This document shows, in pieces, positions 1 to 12,828 of a stretch of DNA of 60,258 bases (within the stretch, counting starts at the first letter, position 1; each line of letters starts with the position of its first letter). The stretch covers positions 1-60,258 of the forward strand of contig JAFGOW010000025.1 of the NCBI GenBank assembly GCA_016926265.1, in the 5' to 3' direction. The notes beneath the pieces are model-generated. The model was not told where the DNA came from. It saw nothing but the letters and a program-made list of their open reading frames with translations, and did no database searches. The position numbers and the translations under genes are program-made. The stretch comes from Deltaproteobacteria bacterium. Lineage in GTDB: Bacteria > Desulfobacterota > Desulfuromonadia > Desulfuromonadales > JAAYDE01.

Positions 1-180
1 AAGAAAAGGAGGCAAAAGAAACCGGCCCCGTTTCCGCTCGCCCTGAGAAGCGGGTCCCCTCCGGGACGGTTTCTACGGCGGCGAGCGAAAAAACTCGGCT
101 GGAAAACGCCTCAGACAGTTTGCGCTCGAAATCCCCACCAAAAAAATCGCCCCTCCGGCGAGCGGAAAATGGGGGTTGAT
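1..180 (-). repeat. Structured intergenic repeat (partial), related to 59733-59860 and 60113-60258
   Basis: Reverse complement shares the blocks CCCCCATT / GATTTC..GAGCG / CAAACTGT.TGA / GAGTTTTT / GGAGGG.ACCCGC with 60113-60258, in the same order. Confidence 0.55.
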
Positions 181-248
181 GGTCTTTTGAACCGTGGGTC
201 TAAACCCCATTGTTGAGGCTGTCGAAGTGAGCGGGGGGCGCGAGGTGT

Positions 249-298
249 TCCAAAAACCGAAAGACCGGGCTTCAGAACCCGGTCTTTCGGTTTTTGGG
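249..298. terminator. Long hairpin downstream of dnaB, probable terminator
   Basis: CCAAAAACCGAAAGACCGGG-loop-CCCGGTCTTTCGGTTTTTGG inverted repeat just past the dnaB stop. Confidence 0.6.
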
Positions 299-318
299 AT
301 GGATTTTCTTTTTAAGGT

Positions 319-1680
319 TCACGGCTCGCGGCGGGCCTGGTTCTCGAAGCGGGTATATTCCCCGAGGAAGGTCAGGTGAACGGTGCCGATGGGGCCGTTG
401 CGCTGCTTGCCGACGATGATCTCGGCATCCTTCTCGTGCCCCTTGGTGCAGACCTTGTCGCGGTCCTTGCAGTCCTCGCAATAGACGGCATCCCGATAGA
501 CGAACATGATCACGTCGGCGTCCTGCTCGATGGCTCCGGATTCGCGCAAATCGGCCAGCATCGGCCGCTTGTCGGTGCGGCTCTCCAGCGAACGGTTGAG
601 CTGGGAGAGGGCCACCACCGGCACCTGCAGTTCCTTGGCCAGGGCCTTCAGGGAGCGGGAAATGTCCGAGATCTCCTGCTGGCGGCTCTCGACGTTGCGC
701 CCCTGCATCAGCTGCAGATAGTCGACCACGACCAGCCCGATCCCTTTCTCCGCCTTGAGCCGCCGCGCCTTGGCGCGCAGTTCCAGCGCCGAAATGGCCG
801 CGGTCTCGTCGATGAAGATCGGCGCCGCATCGAGCCGGCCGGCGGCCTGGAGGATGGGACGGTAGTCCTTTTCGGTGAGTTGCCCGGTCCGCATCCGGTT
901 GGCATCGACCCGTGCCAAAGAGCAGAGCATCCTCATGACAAGCTGCTCCTGGCTCATCTCCAGCGAGAAGATCACGGTCGGAACGTTATGCTCCAGGGCG
1001 GCATACTCCACCACGTTGGTGACGAAGGCGGTCTTGCCCATGGAGGGGCGGCCGGCGACGATGATCAGGTCGGAGGGCTGGAATCCGGCCGTGAGCCGGT
1101 CGAGATCCTTGAAGCCGGTCGCCACCCCGGTAACCGGCTCCTTGCGTACCGAAAGGTCCTCGATCTTGCGGATCACCGGCGGGATCAGGTCCTTGACGGC
1201 ATAATAGGAAGGGCGGTTCCTTTTGCCCGAGATCTCGAAGATCATCTTCTCGGCCCAATCGAGGGTGGTTTCAAAATCCCCCCCCTCGTATCCCTTCTGG
1301 GCGATTTCGGTGGAGGCCCGGATCAGGTTGCGCTGCAGGGACTTTTCCTTGACCAGACGGCAGTAGTAGACGATGTTGGCCGCGGTCGGGACGAAATCGA
1401 CCAGATTGGCCAGGTAACCGGCCCCCCCGGCCGTCTCCAGATCGCCCCGTTTTTCCAGAGCGCCACGCAAGGTGATGAGATCGACCGGCTCGCCTTTATC
1501 GCTCAGGGCGATCATGGCCCCAAAAATGCGGCCGTGGGATTCCCGGTAAAAATCCTCGGGTGCCAGAAGCTCCAGGGCCTTGTTGAGGGCGCTGTTCTCC
1601 AGCAGGATTCCCCCCAGCACTGACATCTCGGCTTCCAGATCCTGCGGAGGAATGCGATTTTCGCCAAAACTTGCGGCCAC
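319..1680 (-). CDS. dnaB: Replicative DNA helicase
   Basis: RIPPQDLEAE N-terminus, Walker A GRPSMGKT, FSLEM, VVDYLQLM, LSQLNR, DLRESGAIEQDAD. Start moved to GTG at 1680 after AAGGGG. Confidence 0.97.
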   Translation of the reverse strand: MAASFGENRIPPQDLEAEMSVLGGILLENSALNKALELLAPEDFYRESHGRIFGAMIALSDKGEPVDLITLRGALEKRGDLETAGGAGYLANLVDFVPTAANIVYYCRLVKEKSLQRNLIRASTEIAQKGYEGGDFETTLDWAEKMIFEISGKRNRPSYYAVKDLIPPVIRKIEDLSVRKEPVTGVATGFKDLDRLTAGFQPSDLIIVAGRPSMGKTAFVTNVVEYAALEHNVPTVIFSLEMSQEQLVMRMLCSLARVDANRMRTGQLTEKDYRPILQAAGRLDAAPIFIDETAAISALELRAKARRLKAEKGIGLVVVDYLQLMQGRNVESRQQEISDISRSLKALAKELQVPVVALSQLNRSLESRTDKRPMLADLRESGAIEQDADVIMFVYRDAVYCEDCKDRDKVCTKGHEKDAEIIVGKQRNGPIGTVHLTFLGEYTRFENQARREP

Positions 1681-1697
1681 CAGAACCCCTTGAACGG

Positions 1698-1729
1698 AAA
1701 AAAAAGTCAGGCCGGGAGCCGGCCTGACT
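1698..1729 (-). terminator. Intrinsic terminator after rplI
   Basis: AGTCAGGCCGG/CCGGCCTGACT stem followed by a T-run on the minus strand. Confidence 0.7.
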
Positions 1730-1751
1730 CGATCTGCCATCGATTCCGAAA

Positions 1752-2201
1752 CTACTCCACCACGGCGTTGACGACCACCTTGGCACAAGCCGTGACTTTG
1801 GCTTGCAGTTTGACCGGCACCTCATGCTCGCCGAGGGTCTTGATCGGCTCTTCCATCTGGATCTTTTTACGGTCGACCTCGATCCCGGCCTCCTGCAACT
1901 TGGCGGCGATCTCCTGCGAGGTCACGGAACCGAACAACTTGCCGTCTTCGCCGGCCCGATGTTCAAAGACCAAGGTCAGCGCCTCGATCTTCCCTTTCAG
2001 AACCGTGGCCTGCTGGGTGAGCAGCTGGAGTTTGCGTTCCATCTGCCGTTTCTGGTGTTCCAATTCCCGGACATTGCCGGTGTTGGCGAGAATCGCCAGC
2101 GACTGCGGAATCAGAAAATTGCGGGCGTAGCCCGGCTTGACGTTGACCAGATCGCCGATCTGGCCCAATCCTTCGACATTTTCCTTCAAAATGATCTGCA
2201 T
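1752..2201 (-). CDS. rplI: 50S ribosomal protein L9
   Basis: MQIILKENVEGLG..VKPGYARNFLIP, GKLFGSVT, PIKTLGEH. Confidence 0.98.
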   Translation of the reverse strand: MQIILKENVEGLGQIGDLVNVKPGYARNFLIPQSLAILANTGNVRELEHQKRQMERKLQLLTQQATVLKGKIEALTLVFEHRAGEDGKLFGSVTSQEIAAKLQEAGIEVDRKKIQMEEPIKTLGEHEVPVKLQAKVTACAKVVVNAVVE

Positions 2202-2222
2202 TATAATCCTCCCGGAATTTCT

Positions 2223-3152
2223 TTATTCCTTTTCCCTGATTCTTGGTTTTCGGAAACCTATCCACAAATCGAAGATCCCCAGACCGGTCACCAGCATGGG
2301 GAGCGGATTGAGGGTCACGGCCATAAAATAGCCGAGCCCGCGCACCCAGGGGCCCACGCTCTTTTTCCAGAAAAAGAACGCAACGATAGCCAATCCCTGT
2401 AGAAAATAGATCGGCACCACGACCACCAGCAGATTGAGCGCCACCGTCTGGACGGGATCACGGCCAAGAACAAAACCGAACCCCCCGGCAATCAGAAACC
2501 AGATCAGCCATGGGGATACCGACCAGTGGCGGAACTCGCTGCCCGCCATCAGCCCCTTCACCCCCGGCGCCCGATTCAGCAGCAGCACCACAAAAAGCAG
2601 GATCATGCCGTGAGAAACCAGGGCCAGGGCCGGATAGGCCCGCCGGATAAATCCGGCCCCCCACTCCAGCACCGCTTCCAACTCGGCCCGCTGTTCCAGT
2701 GACAAAGCCGTCGCCTCGGAAAGCCGCTTCCCTTCCGCAAGCTGCGCCTCCACCTGGCTGGCAGCCAAGCCATTGATCCCCTTCCCCTGCTGAAAAGCGA
2801 CAGCGCCGAAAACCACCGCGGAGCCAATGGCAACCACCGCCAGGGTCACAACCACGGCCCGGTCCCAGGGCCAATTCCGCCGCAGCAGCCAGGGGAGGCA
2901 GAAGGAGCCGATCCCGAATTGAAGCAGATATCCCCCCGCCGCGCCGATGCCGCTGTAGAGAAAGAACAGGGCGACGCTCAGACCGACCACCGACCCGCCG
3001 GCCGCCGGCCCATGGACCATATGAACCCAGGCGGCGGGAAAGGGCAGCAGGAGGTGAACCAAAAGCGCCAGGAAGGCCGCAAACTCCCCACCCGTCAGCA
3101 ACAGCAGAGTGGCCGCCGAGGCGCCCACCACCTGCCAGACCCGTCGCCCCAT
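2223..3152 (-). CDS. YybS/DUF2232 family membrane protein
   Basis: Multi-TM protein, YFLQGLAIV and GLGIFDLWIGFRK motifs, position between rpsR and rplI. Confidence 0.85.
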   Translation of the reverse strand: MGRRVWQVVGASAATLLLLTGGEFAAFLALLVHLLLPFPAAWVHMVHGPAAGGSVVGLSVALFFLYSGIGAAGGYLLQFGIGSFCLPWLLRRNWPWDRAVVVTLAVVAIGSAVVFGAVAFQQGKGINGLAASQVEAQLAEGKRLSEATALSLEQRAELEAVLEWGAGFIRRAYPALALVSHGMILLFVVLLLNRAPGVKGLMAGSEFRHWSVSPWLIWFLIAGGFGFVLGRDPVQTVALNLLVVVVPIYFLQGLAIVAFFFWKKSVGPWVRGLGYFMAVTLNPLPMLVTGLGIFDLWIGFRKPRIREKE

Positions 3153-3191
3153 CCCCGATCCCTCAAAAATCCCTGAAAGAACTCAAACAAC

Positions 3192-3470
3192 TTAGACGTA
3201 ATGTTTCCCGGTGAAGGGCAGCAGGGCGATATTGCGGGCCCGCTTGATCGCCTCGCAAAGCTTGCGCTGATGCCCGGCGCAATTGCCGGAGATGCGGCGG
3301 GGAATGATCTTGCCCCGCTCGGTCAGGAAATTGCGCAGGTTTTCGACATCCTTGTAATCGATGATCAGGGTTACGTCGGCGCAGAAACGGCACCCCTTGC
3401 GGCGGGTGATGCGGCGCCGGGAGGGGTCGGATGAAGTTTTCTTGACAAAAGGTTTTCTTTCAAAAGCCAT
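3192..3470 (-). CDS. rpsR: 30S ribosomal protein S18 (Zn-binding type)
   Basis: [34 protein letters not shown]. Confidence 0.98.
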   Translation of the reverse strand: MAFERKPFVKKTSSDPSRRRITRRKGCRFCADVTLIIDYKDVENLRNFLTERGKIIPRRISGNCAGHQRKLCEAIKRARNIALLPFTGKHYV

Positions 3471-3512
3471 GACCGGACTCCTTAAGGATGAAATTCTCGA
3501 AACAATGGGTAA

Positions 3513-3920
3513 TCAGTCTTCTCCCTCTTCCTCCCCGGCTTCGCCCTCTTCGCTTTCGGGGGCTCCAGCCGGCTTTTCAGCGGCGCCGGCCGCGGCGGAA
3601 GCAGCCGATTTGGGCTGCGGCACCACGGGGGGATACTGCTCCAGGTAAACGGACTGATACTTGAGAATCATCTCATCCAGTCTCAAACGCCTTTCAAATT
3701 CAGCCAGGACAGCCGGCTCGCAATCAAAAATTGCCAGCACATAGGCCCCCTTGGTCTGTTTGCCCAGCGGATAGGCCAGTCTCCTGACACCCCAGTCCTC
3801 GAGCTTGTGGATGACGGCATTCTGCTGGGTCAGAATCTCCTGGTACTTGTCCACCAGCTGGCGGTAGGCATCCCCGGCAATTTCCGGGTTGACAATGAAA
3901 ATGGTTTCGTAGGTACGCAT
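3513..3920 (-). CDS. rpsF: 30S ribosomal protein S6
   Basis: MRTYETIFI..WGVRRLAYPL. ATG at 3920 follows GAGGAGG. Confidence 0.97.
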   Translation of the reverse strand: MRTYETIFIVNPEIAGDAYRQLVDKYQEILTQQNAVIHKLEDWGVRRLAYPLGKQTKGAYVLAIFDCEPAVLAEFERRLRLDEMILKYQSVYLEQYPPVVPQPKSAASAAAGAAEKPAGAPESEEGEAGEEEGED

Positions 3921-3975
3921 GCAACAAACCTCCTCTCGGGTTTCAAGCCCCGGTCCCGCCCGGAGCAAGGAGCGA
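3921..3975 (-). promoter_or_regulatory. Probable S6:S18 autoregulatory mRNA leader
   Basis: CTCCTTGC...GAGAGGAGG, where the CTCCT tract can pair with the SD, as in known rpsF leaders. Confidence 0.6.
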
Positions 3976-4148
3976 TAGCGCCGGCCCATGAATCGTTCCG
4001 GCAGTTTGTGATTGGGGGGCCGACCCCCCCGGTGGTTTCCGGCACAGCGGTTCCCAGGCCGCTCCCGGAATTTCCTCCAGCCACAAAGGCGATAGCCGGA
4101 TCGCTCCGGCTACCGCCTATTGCAGGCCATGATCCGTCACCTTCCGAA

Positions 4149-6161
<2,013 letters not shown>

Positions 6162-6184
6162 AACCGATTCCTTCCCTCCCTTTT

Positions 6185-6766
6185 TTAGATAAGATGCAAC
6201 AGATCCGTGTTGCTGAATTCGTTCATGGCCTTGCCGATTCCATAGATGATAAGGGTCGCCACGGCTTTCGCCGCGGTCTCCAGAATGGCGTTCAGATGCC
6301 GTTTTTCGCCGGGAAGAAAACCGTGCAGGACATAGTCCGCCACATCCTCCCCCGCCGCCGGCCTGCCCACTCCCAACCGGACTCTGGAAAACTCGCCGCT
6401 CCCCAGAACCTTGCAGATATGCCGCAGCCCGTTGTGTCCGCCGTGCCCCCCGCCGGGACGGATCCGCAGCAGCCCGAAGGGGAGATCGATGTCGTCATGG
6501 ACCACGATCAGATCCGACGGCTCCAGCTTCAGGGAAGCCAGCGCCGCACCCACGGAGGCGCCGCTGAGATTCATGAAGGTCTGGGGCAGCAGCAGCGCCG
6601 TCTCTTCATCCTGCACCCGCCCCACTCCGAAAATCCCCTGGTAGTTTTTCCGCCTGAGCGGAATGCCGTAGTCGCCGGCCAGCCTCATGACGGCCATGAA
6701 CCCGACATTGTGGCGGGTTTCAGCGTACCGATCCCCCGGATTCCCCAGACCGACCACCAGTTTCAA
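6185..6766 (-). CDS. pth: Peptidyl-tRNA hydrolase
   Basis: [35 protein letters not shown]. Confidence 0.97.
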   Translation of the reverse strand: MKLVVGLGNPGDRYAETRHNVGFMAVMRLAGDYGIPLRRKNYQGIFGVGRVQDEETALLLPQTFMNLSGASVGAALASLKLEPSDLIVVHDDIDLPFGLLRIRPGGGHGGHNGLRHICKVLGSGEFSRVRLGVGRPAAGEDVADYVLHGFLPGEKRHLNAILETAAKAVATLIIYGIGKAMNEFSNTDLLHLI

Positions 6767-6790
6767 ACGGCCACCTTCTCAGCAGTTCCG

Positions 6791-7441
6791 TCACTTCTTC
6801 TCGGCTTCAGCCTTCTGCTCGCCCCCTTCGGGAGCGGCGGCGCCTTCAGCGGCAGCGGCAGCACCCGCTTCAGCCTCTTCCTTGACGGGAGCGGCCACGC
6901 TCACCACGGCGAAGTTCTCCTCATGGGTCGATTCGATGCCGCCCGGCAGCGCCACGTCGGCGATGTGGATCGAATCCCCGATCCCGAGGGCCGCCACATC
7001 GACCTCGATGAAGGGGGGAATGTCGGTGGGGAGGCAGCGCACTTCGATCTCCTTGAAGACCAGCTGAAGGATGCCGCCGTTCTTCTCGCCCGCGGCCTTG
7101 CCGACCACCTTCACGGGGACCGCGACCACGGTCTTGCGGGTCAGGTCCAGGGCCTGGAAATCGGCATGGAGCGGCTGACGGGTCAGGGCGTCCTTCTGAA
7201 GATTCTTGACGATCGCCACCTTGCCGTTGAAAGGGCCCTCCCCCTGCAGGCGGATCAGGGTATTCATCCCCGACTCGGTGGCCAGCGCCTTTTTCAGGGC
7301 TTTGGGATCCACGGTCAGGGCACAGCCTTCCAGTCCGCGGCCGTAAAAAACCGCCGGGATCAGTCCTTGGCGCCGCAGGGAGCGGGCCACGCCTTTGCCG
7401 CAGTCGTCGCGGCGGGAAACATTCAGGGTTGATTCTGCCAT
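6791..7441 (-). CDS. rplY: 50S ribosomal protein L25/Ctc
   Basis: ARSLRRQGLIPAVFYG, HADF, GGIL, IGDSIHIAD. Confidence 0.96.
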   Translation of the reverse strand: MAESTLNVSRRDDCGKGVARSLRRQGLIPAVFYGRGLEGCALTVDPKALKKALATESGMNTLIRLQGEGPFNGKVAIVKNLQKDALTRQPLHADFQALDLTRKTVVAVPVKVVGKAAGEKNGGILQLVFKEIEVRCLPTDIPPFIEVDVAALGIGDSIHIADVALPGGIESTHEENFAVVSVAAPVKEEAEAGAAAAAEGAAAPEGGEQKAEAEKK

Positions 7442-7495
7442 TCTATTAAGTCTCCATCTTCGAGAAGTGAACTCGCCCGACCCCCCTGGGGGGGC

Positions 7496-8434
7496 TCAGA
7501 CGAAAAGCGAGCTGACCGACTGGTCGTTGTTGATGCGGCGAATCGCCTCGCCAAGCAGGTCGGCCACCGACAGGCAGCGGAGCTTGGGGCATTTTTCCTG
7601 TTTGTCGTCGAGCGGGATGGTGTTGGTCACCACCACCTCCTTCAGCGAACTCCGCTCGATCCGTTCCAGGGCCGGACCGGAAAGGACCGCATGGGTGGCG
7701 CAGCCATAGACCTCCAGCGCGCCTTTCTCGGTGAGGGCATCGGCGGCCTGGCACAAAGTCCCGGCGGTGTCGATCATGTCGTCGATGAGGATGCAGACCT
7801 TTCCGTCCACCTCGCCGATGACGTTCATGATCTCGGACACGTTGGGCCGATAACGGCGCTTGTCGATGATGGCCAGGCTGGCGTTGAGACGCTTGGCGTA
7901 GGCCCGCGCCCGCTCGGCGCCGCCGGCGTCGGGGGAGACGACCACCACCCCTTCCCCGAAACGGCTGCGGATATCGCCAAGGATGACCGGCGCGGCGTAA
8001 AGGTGATCGACGGGAATGTCGAAAAACCCCTGGATCTGCCCGGCATGGAGGTCCATGGAGAGGATGCGCTGCGCCCCCGCCACGGAGATCAGGTCCGCCA
8101 CCAGCTTGGCGGTGATGGGGGTGCGGGGAGCCACCTTGCGGTCCTGGCGGGCGTAGCCGAAATAGGGGATAACGGCGTCGATCCGGGCCGCCGAAGCCCT
8201 TTTCAGGGCATCCATCATCACCAGCAGTTCCATCAGGTTGTTGTTGGTGGGGGCGCAGGTAGACTGGATGACGTAGACATCGGCACCGCGGACGTTCTCC
8301 TGGATCTCAACCTGGATCTCGCCATCGGAAAAGGTCTTGACCTTGGCCTTGCCGAGCGGAAGGTCCAAGGTATCGCAAATTTCCTGAGCCAGCCGGGGAT
8401 TGGAATTCCCGGTAAAAATTTTCAGATTTCCCAT
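7496..8434 (-). CDS. prs: Ribose-phosphate pyrophosphokinase
   Basis: [43 protein letters not shown]. Confidence 0.98.
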   Translation of the reverse strand: MGNLKIFTGNSNPRLAQEICDTLDLPLGKAKVKTFSDGEIQVEIQENVRGADVYVIQSTCAPTNNNLMELLVMMDALKRASAARIDAVIPYFGYARQDRKVAPRTPITAKLVADLISVAGAQRILSMDLHAGQIQGFFDIPVDHLYAAPVILGDIRSRFGEGVVVVSPDAGGAERARAYAKRLNASLAIIDKRRYRPNVSEIMNVIGEVDGKVCILIDDMIDTAGTLCQAADALTEKGALEVYGCATHAVLSGPALERIERSSLKEVVVTNTIPLDDKQEKCPKLRCLSVADLLGEAIRRINNDQSVSSLFV

Positions 8435-8557
8435 GGGGCTAAAACTCGTGATGCCTTACGACAGCAAAGAAAAGAGTAGGTCACGGCACCCCCGTGACCT
8501 AGGACGTGGCCTCGATGAGCCGGGCCGGCGGCGGTTTCCGGTGCCGGGGCTCATAAC

Positions 8558-8632
8558 TGGCTGGGGCGCCAGGATTCGAACCTGGGAATGCCGGAATCAA
8601 AATCCGGTGCCTTACCACTTGGCGACGCCCCA
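8558..8632 (-). tRNA. tRNA-Gln(UUG)
   Basis: TGGGGCGTCGCCAAGTGGTAAGGCACCGGATTTTGATTCCGGCATTCCCAGGTTCGAATCCTGGCGCCCCAGCCA, anticodon TTG, CCA end. Confidence 0.97.
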
Positions 8633-8759
8633 TCTGTTTCGGAAAATGCGAGTCCGCCGTGATTTCCGAACTCCAAGAAGCCCCGGCCCGGCGCCCCCGG
8701 AACGAGCAAAAATGCCCACGTCCGAAAGGCCAAGCCCGGCGGGTGGGCAACATTAACCC

Positions 8760-9602
8760 TCAGGAACAGGGTTCGACAGGGAAAACCTGCCACGGGGTGG
8801 TCAGGGCAAGCTCTTCACCGGCCGCGCGGGCCGCCGCCCGATCCCTGAACAGGCCGAAGATCGTGGGGCCGCTGCCCGACATCAGAGCGGCATCCGCCCC
8901 CGCCTCCAGAAGCCTGGTTTTGATATCGTCCAGAACCGGGAAATGCTTCAGCGTCACGCTTTCCAGATCGTTGTGGAGAAGACGCAAAAGCCCCGGATAA
9001 CAGCCGACGAACCGCGCTAGATTAGCTTCATCCCCCTTTGATGTCAATACCAAATTTCGGTAGACCCAGGCCGTGGAAACCGCGAATCCGGGGTTGATCA
9101 AAACATAGCCGACCGCCGGCTCGATGACGAAGTCGCTGAGCCGCTCCCCGATCCCTTCCGCCAGGGCGGCGCCGCCCCGGATGAAGAACGGCACGTCGGC
9201 CCCCAGCGGCAGGGCGAGCCGCTCCAGGGCGGCGCCGTCGAAACCGAGATCGAGCATGGCGTTCAGGGCCTTGAGCACCGCGGCGGCATCGGAAGAGCCC
9301 CCACCCAGCCCCGCCGCCGCCGGAATCCGCTTTTCGATTTCAATCCGCACCGCGACACGCTTTCCGGCTGCCTCCAGAATCCTGCGGGCGGCTTTGGCCG
9401 CCAGGTTTTCCGTCCCCGGCGGGAGTTCCAGGCCGGGGCATAAAACCGTCACCTGATCCCCCTTCTCCACGGCGATGCGGATCCGGTCGCAGAGAGAGAC
9501 CTGCTGCATCACCATCCGCACCTCATGGTAACCGTCGGGACGGCGCCCCAAGACATGGAGGCAGAGATTGATCTTGGCCGCGGCCAAACAGCTTTTTTCC
9601 AT
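8760..9602 (-). CDS. ispE: 4-diphosphocytidyl-2-C-methyl-D-erythritol kinase
   Basis: AKINL..RPDGYHE, IPAAAGLGGGSSDAA, GADVPFF, MSGSGPT. Confidence 0.97.
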   Translation of the reverse strand: MEKSCLAAAKINLCLHVLGRRPDGYHEVRMVMQQVSLCDRIRIAVEKGDQVTVLCPGLELPPGTENLAAKAARRILEAAGKRVAVRIEIEKRIPAAAGLGGGSSDAAAVLKALNAMLDLGFDGAALERLALPLGADVPFFIRGGAALAEGIGERLSDFVIEPAVGYVLINPGFAVSTAWVYRNLVLTSKGDEANLARFVGCYPGLLRLLHNDLESVTLKHFPVLDDIKTRLLEAGADAALMSGSGPTIFGLFRDRAAARAAGEELALTTPWQVFPVEPCS

Positions 9603-9644
9603 TTTCGGAGTCTTTCCTCCCGGCTGGGGAAGCCGGCTGAAACC

Positions 9645-10043
9645 CTACTCCCAACGCCCGTTTTGGCCCCGGCGCATGACAATATATTCGATGTGCCCTT
9701 TATCGTTGATGAAGGAGGAGAGCAGCCAGCTGACCAGACCGATGACGAGGGAGCCGAGCAGCCCGGCTCCGAATCCATCCACATGGAAACCACTGACCAC
9801 GCCGGAGACCATCAGCAGCAGGAAAGCGTTGATGACGAAGGTGAAAAGCCCCAGGGTCACCATGGTCAGCGGCAGGGTCAGGATCAGCAGGATGGGGCGG
9901 AAAAAGGCGTTGAGAAAACCGAGCAGCGCAGCGGCCATCAGGGCTGAGAAAAAACCCTCCACCCGAATGCCGGCAATCAGATAGGCGGCCATCATGACGG
10001 CCAGGGCCAGAAACAGCCAGCGAATCAGCAAACCCTTCATCAC
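9645..10043 (-). CDS. YvlD-like 4-TM membrane protein (phage holin superfamily IV annotation)
   Basis: NAFFRPILLILTLPLTMVTLGLFTFVINA motif. Confidence 0.85.
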   Translation of the reverse strand: MMKGLLIRWLFLALAVMMAAYLIAGIRVEGFFSALMAAALLGFLNAFFRPILLILTLPLTMVTLGLFTFVINAFLLLMVSGVVSGFHVDGFGAGLLGSLVIGLVSWLLSSFINDKGHIEYIVMRRGQNGRWE

Positions 10044-10202
10044 TTACCCTCCCCTGCCGTTTAGCGGAAAACGGCCCCGGTGCCAGAGGCCGGGCTGGCT
10101 CCATTGGTAAAATTGGAGAACAGTGTAGAATAATCTTTTGAAAAACAGAACCGCTTCTGCGACAATCGCGGCGATTTTCAACCTTTTTAAAAAAAACGGT
10201 CT

Positions 10203-10844
10203 ATGCGTCTGATCATCGTCCGTCACGGCGAAACCGTGGCCAACATCCTTAGAATCATTCAGGGTCAGCGGCCGGGCGAGTTGAGCTCCCGCGGCCGCCT
10301 CCAGGCCCGGCTGCTGGGGGAGCGGCTCGGCGCCGAGCGGATCGACCGGCTCTGGTCGAGCCCACTGGCCAGAGCCGCCGACACCGCCGCGGCCATCGCC
10401 TGCCACCACGAACTTCCTCTTTGCGAAGTGCCGGAGCTGATGGAACGCCATTTCGGCATCCTCGAGGGGCAGAGTTTCGACGACTATTTCCTGGCCCTGG
10501 AACGGAGCGGCCTCCCTTTCCACCGGTTCCGCCCCGCGGGGGGGGAATCGCTTGAGGATGTGGAACAAAGGCTGTCCAGAGTGGTGGCCCGCCTCCAGTC
10601 CTTCCCCCCTGAAAAGACCCTGCTGATTGCAGCCCACAGCGTTATCAACAAAATGCTGCTCAAGATCCTGCTTGGGAAAAGTTACGAAGATTGGGAGGCC
10701 ATCCATCAGGATAACGGCTGCGTCAACATCCTGGAAAGCCGTCCCGGCGGAAACAGCATGGAAGGGCTGCTTCTCAACTGCACCCGGCATCTGGCCGCCG
10801 CGGAGGGGGGCAATCCCCCTCCCGCCCCGGCGCCTATTTCCTGA
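10203..10844 (+). CDS. Histidine phosphatase family protein
   Basis: IVRHGET, SSPLARA..TA, ERHFG, GGES, AH motifs. Confidence 0.9.
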   Translation: MRLIIVRHGETVANILRIIQGQRPGELSSRGRLQARLLGERLGAERIDRLWSSPLARAADTAAAIACHHELPLCEVPELMERHFGILEGQSFDDYFLALERSGLPFHRFRPAGGESLEDVEQRLSRVVARLQSFPPEKTLLIAAHSVINKMLLKILLGKSYEDWEAIHQDNGCVNILESRPGGNSMEGLLLNCTRHLAAAEGGNPPPAPAPIS

Positions 10845-10936
10845 CCTTTCCTGCACGGGCAGGAGAATCCCGGGGTCAGCCATTCGAAAACTTTTTTATC
10901 CGGACCCGGTTCCGGCCATGGGAAAAGGAGAACGAC

Positions 10937-11482
10937 ATGAAACGCCGCGCAACGTTGGTGGCGATGGTGGTGGTTGGGATGGTTCTGCTGTCAAGCGGAA
11001 CGGCCGTCGCGGAGCTCAAGGCGGAAAAGCTCTCCCTGACGCCGATGATCGGCGGCTACGTCTTCGAGGGAAATCAGCAAAGCGAGCGCCACGATGGCGC
11101 CTTCAGCCTGGCTCTCGGGTTCAACGCCACCAAAAACTGGGGAACCGAGTTCACCTTGAGCTATGTCGATTCCGAGAGCCGATACGGCAACCATTCCGAC
11201 ATCGACGTCTACCTGATCCGCTGGGAGGTCCTCTACCATTTTTGGCCGGAGAAAAAGCTGGTCCCCTATCTGGCGGCAGGAGGCGGCACCCTGATAGCCG
11301 ACCCCGAGGGCCGCGATCCCGATCCCGACCTCATGGTTGACTACGGCGGCGGTCTGAAATACTTCCTCACCGAGAATCTGGCCCTGCGCGGCGACGTCCG
11401 CCACGTTTACGAAATCGACGACAAGTACAACAACCTGATCTACAGCTTCGGACTGCTGATCCAGTTCGCCGGGTCGAAGTGA
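10937..11482 (+). CDS. Outer-membrane beta-barrel protein
   Basis: Signal peptide, alternating beta strands, VPYLAAGGG, YGGGLKYFLTENLALRGDVR. Confidence 0.85.
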   Translation: MKRRATLVAMVVVGMVLLSSGTAVAELKAEKLSLTPMIGGYVFEGNQQSERHDGAFSLALGFNATKNWGTEFTLSYVDSESRYGNHSDIDVYLIRWEVLYHFWPEKKLVPYLAAGGGTLIADPEGRDPDPDLMVDYGGGLKYFLTENLALRGDVRHVYEIDDKYNNLIYSFGLLIQFAGSK

Positions 11483-11620
11483 GCCGTCAAGCCGGCCTCG
11501 GCTCCGGAGGTAGAGAACCCGCGGAGCTACCACTACCCAGCGGCCCCGTATTTTTTCATGTGATAGCTGCTATACTGACGTTTCGTGGATGTTTGGAAAA
11601 ACAGTGAAAGGGGTTCCGGA

Positions 11621-12634
11621 ATGAGTCCCAAGATCCTGGTCACCGGCGCCGCCGGCTTCATCGGCTTTCATCTGGCCCAACGGCTGCTGCGGGAGGGGCA
11701 TGAGGTGGTCGGTCTCGACAACCTCAACGCCTACTACGACGTCAATCTCAAGAAGAGACGGCTCGCGCTGCTGGAGCAGCAGCCGGGATTCCGCTTTTTC
11801 AAGCTCGATCTGGCCGACCGGGAAGGAATCGCCGAGCTTTTCGCACGGGAACGCTTCGAGCGGGTGGCCCATCTCGCGGCCCAGGCCGGGGTCCGTTACT
11901 CCCTCACAAACCCCCACGCCTACATCGACAGCAACCTGGTCGGCTTCATGAACATCCTGGAGGGCTGCCGCCACCACCAGGTGGAACACCTTGCCTACGC
12001 CTCGTCATCCTCGGTCTACGGCGCCAACACCCGGATGCCCTTCTCCATCCACCACAACGTCGACCATCCGGTCTCGCTCTACGCCGCCACCAAGAAAGCC
12101 AACGAACTGATGGCCCACACCTATTCCCACCTCTACGGCCTCCCCACCACCGGCTTGCGCTTCTTCACCGTCTACGGCCCCTGGGGCCGGCCCGACATGG
12201 CGTTGTTTCTGTTCACCGACGCCATTCTCCACGACCGCCCGATCCAGGTCTTCAACCACGGCCGGATGCAGCGGGACTTCACCTACATCGACGACATCAT
12301 CGAGGGGGTGACGCGGGTCCTGTTCCGCACCGCCGCCCCCAATCCGGACTGGGACGGCGCCGATCCCGACCCCGGCACCAGCAAGGCCCCCTACCGGCTC
12401 TACAACATCGGCAACAACAACCCGGTGGAGCTGATGGAGCTGATCGCCACCCTCGAAGCGTGCCTCGGCCGAACCGCCGAGAAGATCCTGCTGCCACTGC
12501 AGGCCGGCGACGTCCCCGCCACCTACGCCGACGTCGACGACCTGGCCCGCGACGTCGGCTTCAAGCCCGCCACCCCGATCCGGACCGGGATCGAGCGCTT
12601 CGTGGCCTGGTACCGGTCCTACTTCGGCCTCTGA
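11621..12634 (+). CDS. NAD-dependent epimerase (UDP-glucuronate 4-epimerase type)
   Basis: [39 protein letters not shown]. Confidence 0.95.
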   Translation: MSPKILVTGAAGFIGFHLAQRLLREGHEVVGLDNLNAYYDVNLKKRRLALLEQQPGFRFFKLDLADREGIAELFARERFERVAHLAAQAGVRYSLTNPHAYIDSNLVGFMNILEGCRHHQVEHLAYASSSSVYGANTRMPFSIHHNVDHPVSLYAATKKANELMAHTYSHLYGLPTTGLRFFTVYGPWGRPDMALFLFTDAILHDRPIQVFNHGRMQRDFTYIDDIIEGVTRVLFRTAAPNPDWDGADPDPGTSKAPYRLYNIGNNNPVELMELIATLEACLGRTAEKILLPLQAGDVPATYADVDDLARDVGFKPATPIRTGIERFVAWYRSYFGL

Positions 12635-12647
12635 AATCCGCTTTCAG

Positions 12648-12675
12648 CCTGGATTCCCAACCTGCCGGAATGACG
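12648..12675. repeat. Degenerate GGATTCCC...GGAATGAC REP-like palindrome
   Basis: Same motif class as 43209-43292 and 59961-60044. Confidence 0.45.
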
Positions 12676-12828
12676 TTTCCAGCGACTTTTGTACGAGGCT
12701 CTTCTGTTTCCAGGCTTTTCTTCGCGTCTTCGCGCCTTCGCGTGAGAAAAGGACTTGGGTTCTCTCCCGCTTGGCAATGGCCTCTTGCGAGCCGGGCAAC
12801 GCCGCGTCAAAGCCGAAGGCACCAGTTT

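Noticed and set aside
319-1680. Intein in DnaB
   Set aside because: Length is normal and the helicase motifs are contiguous.
9645-10043. Holin-like gene as a prophage marker
   Set aside because: YvlD-like proteins are common chromosomal genes and no phage genes are nearby.
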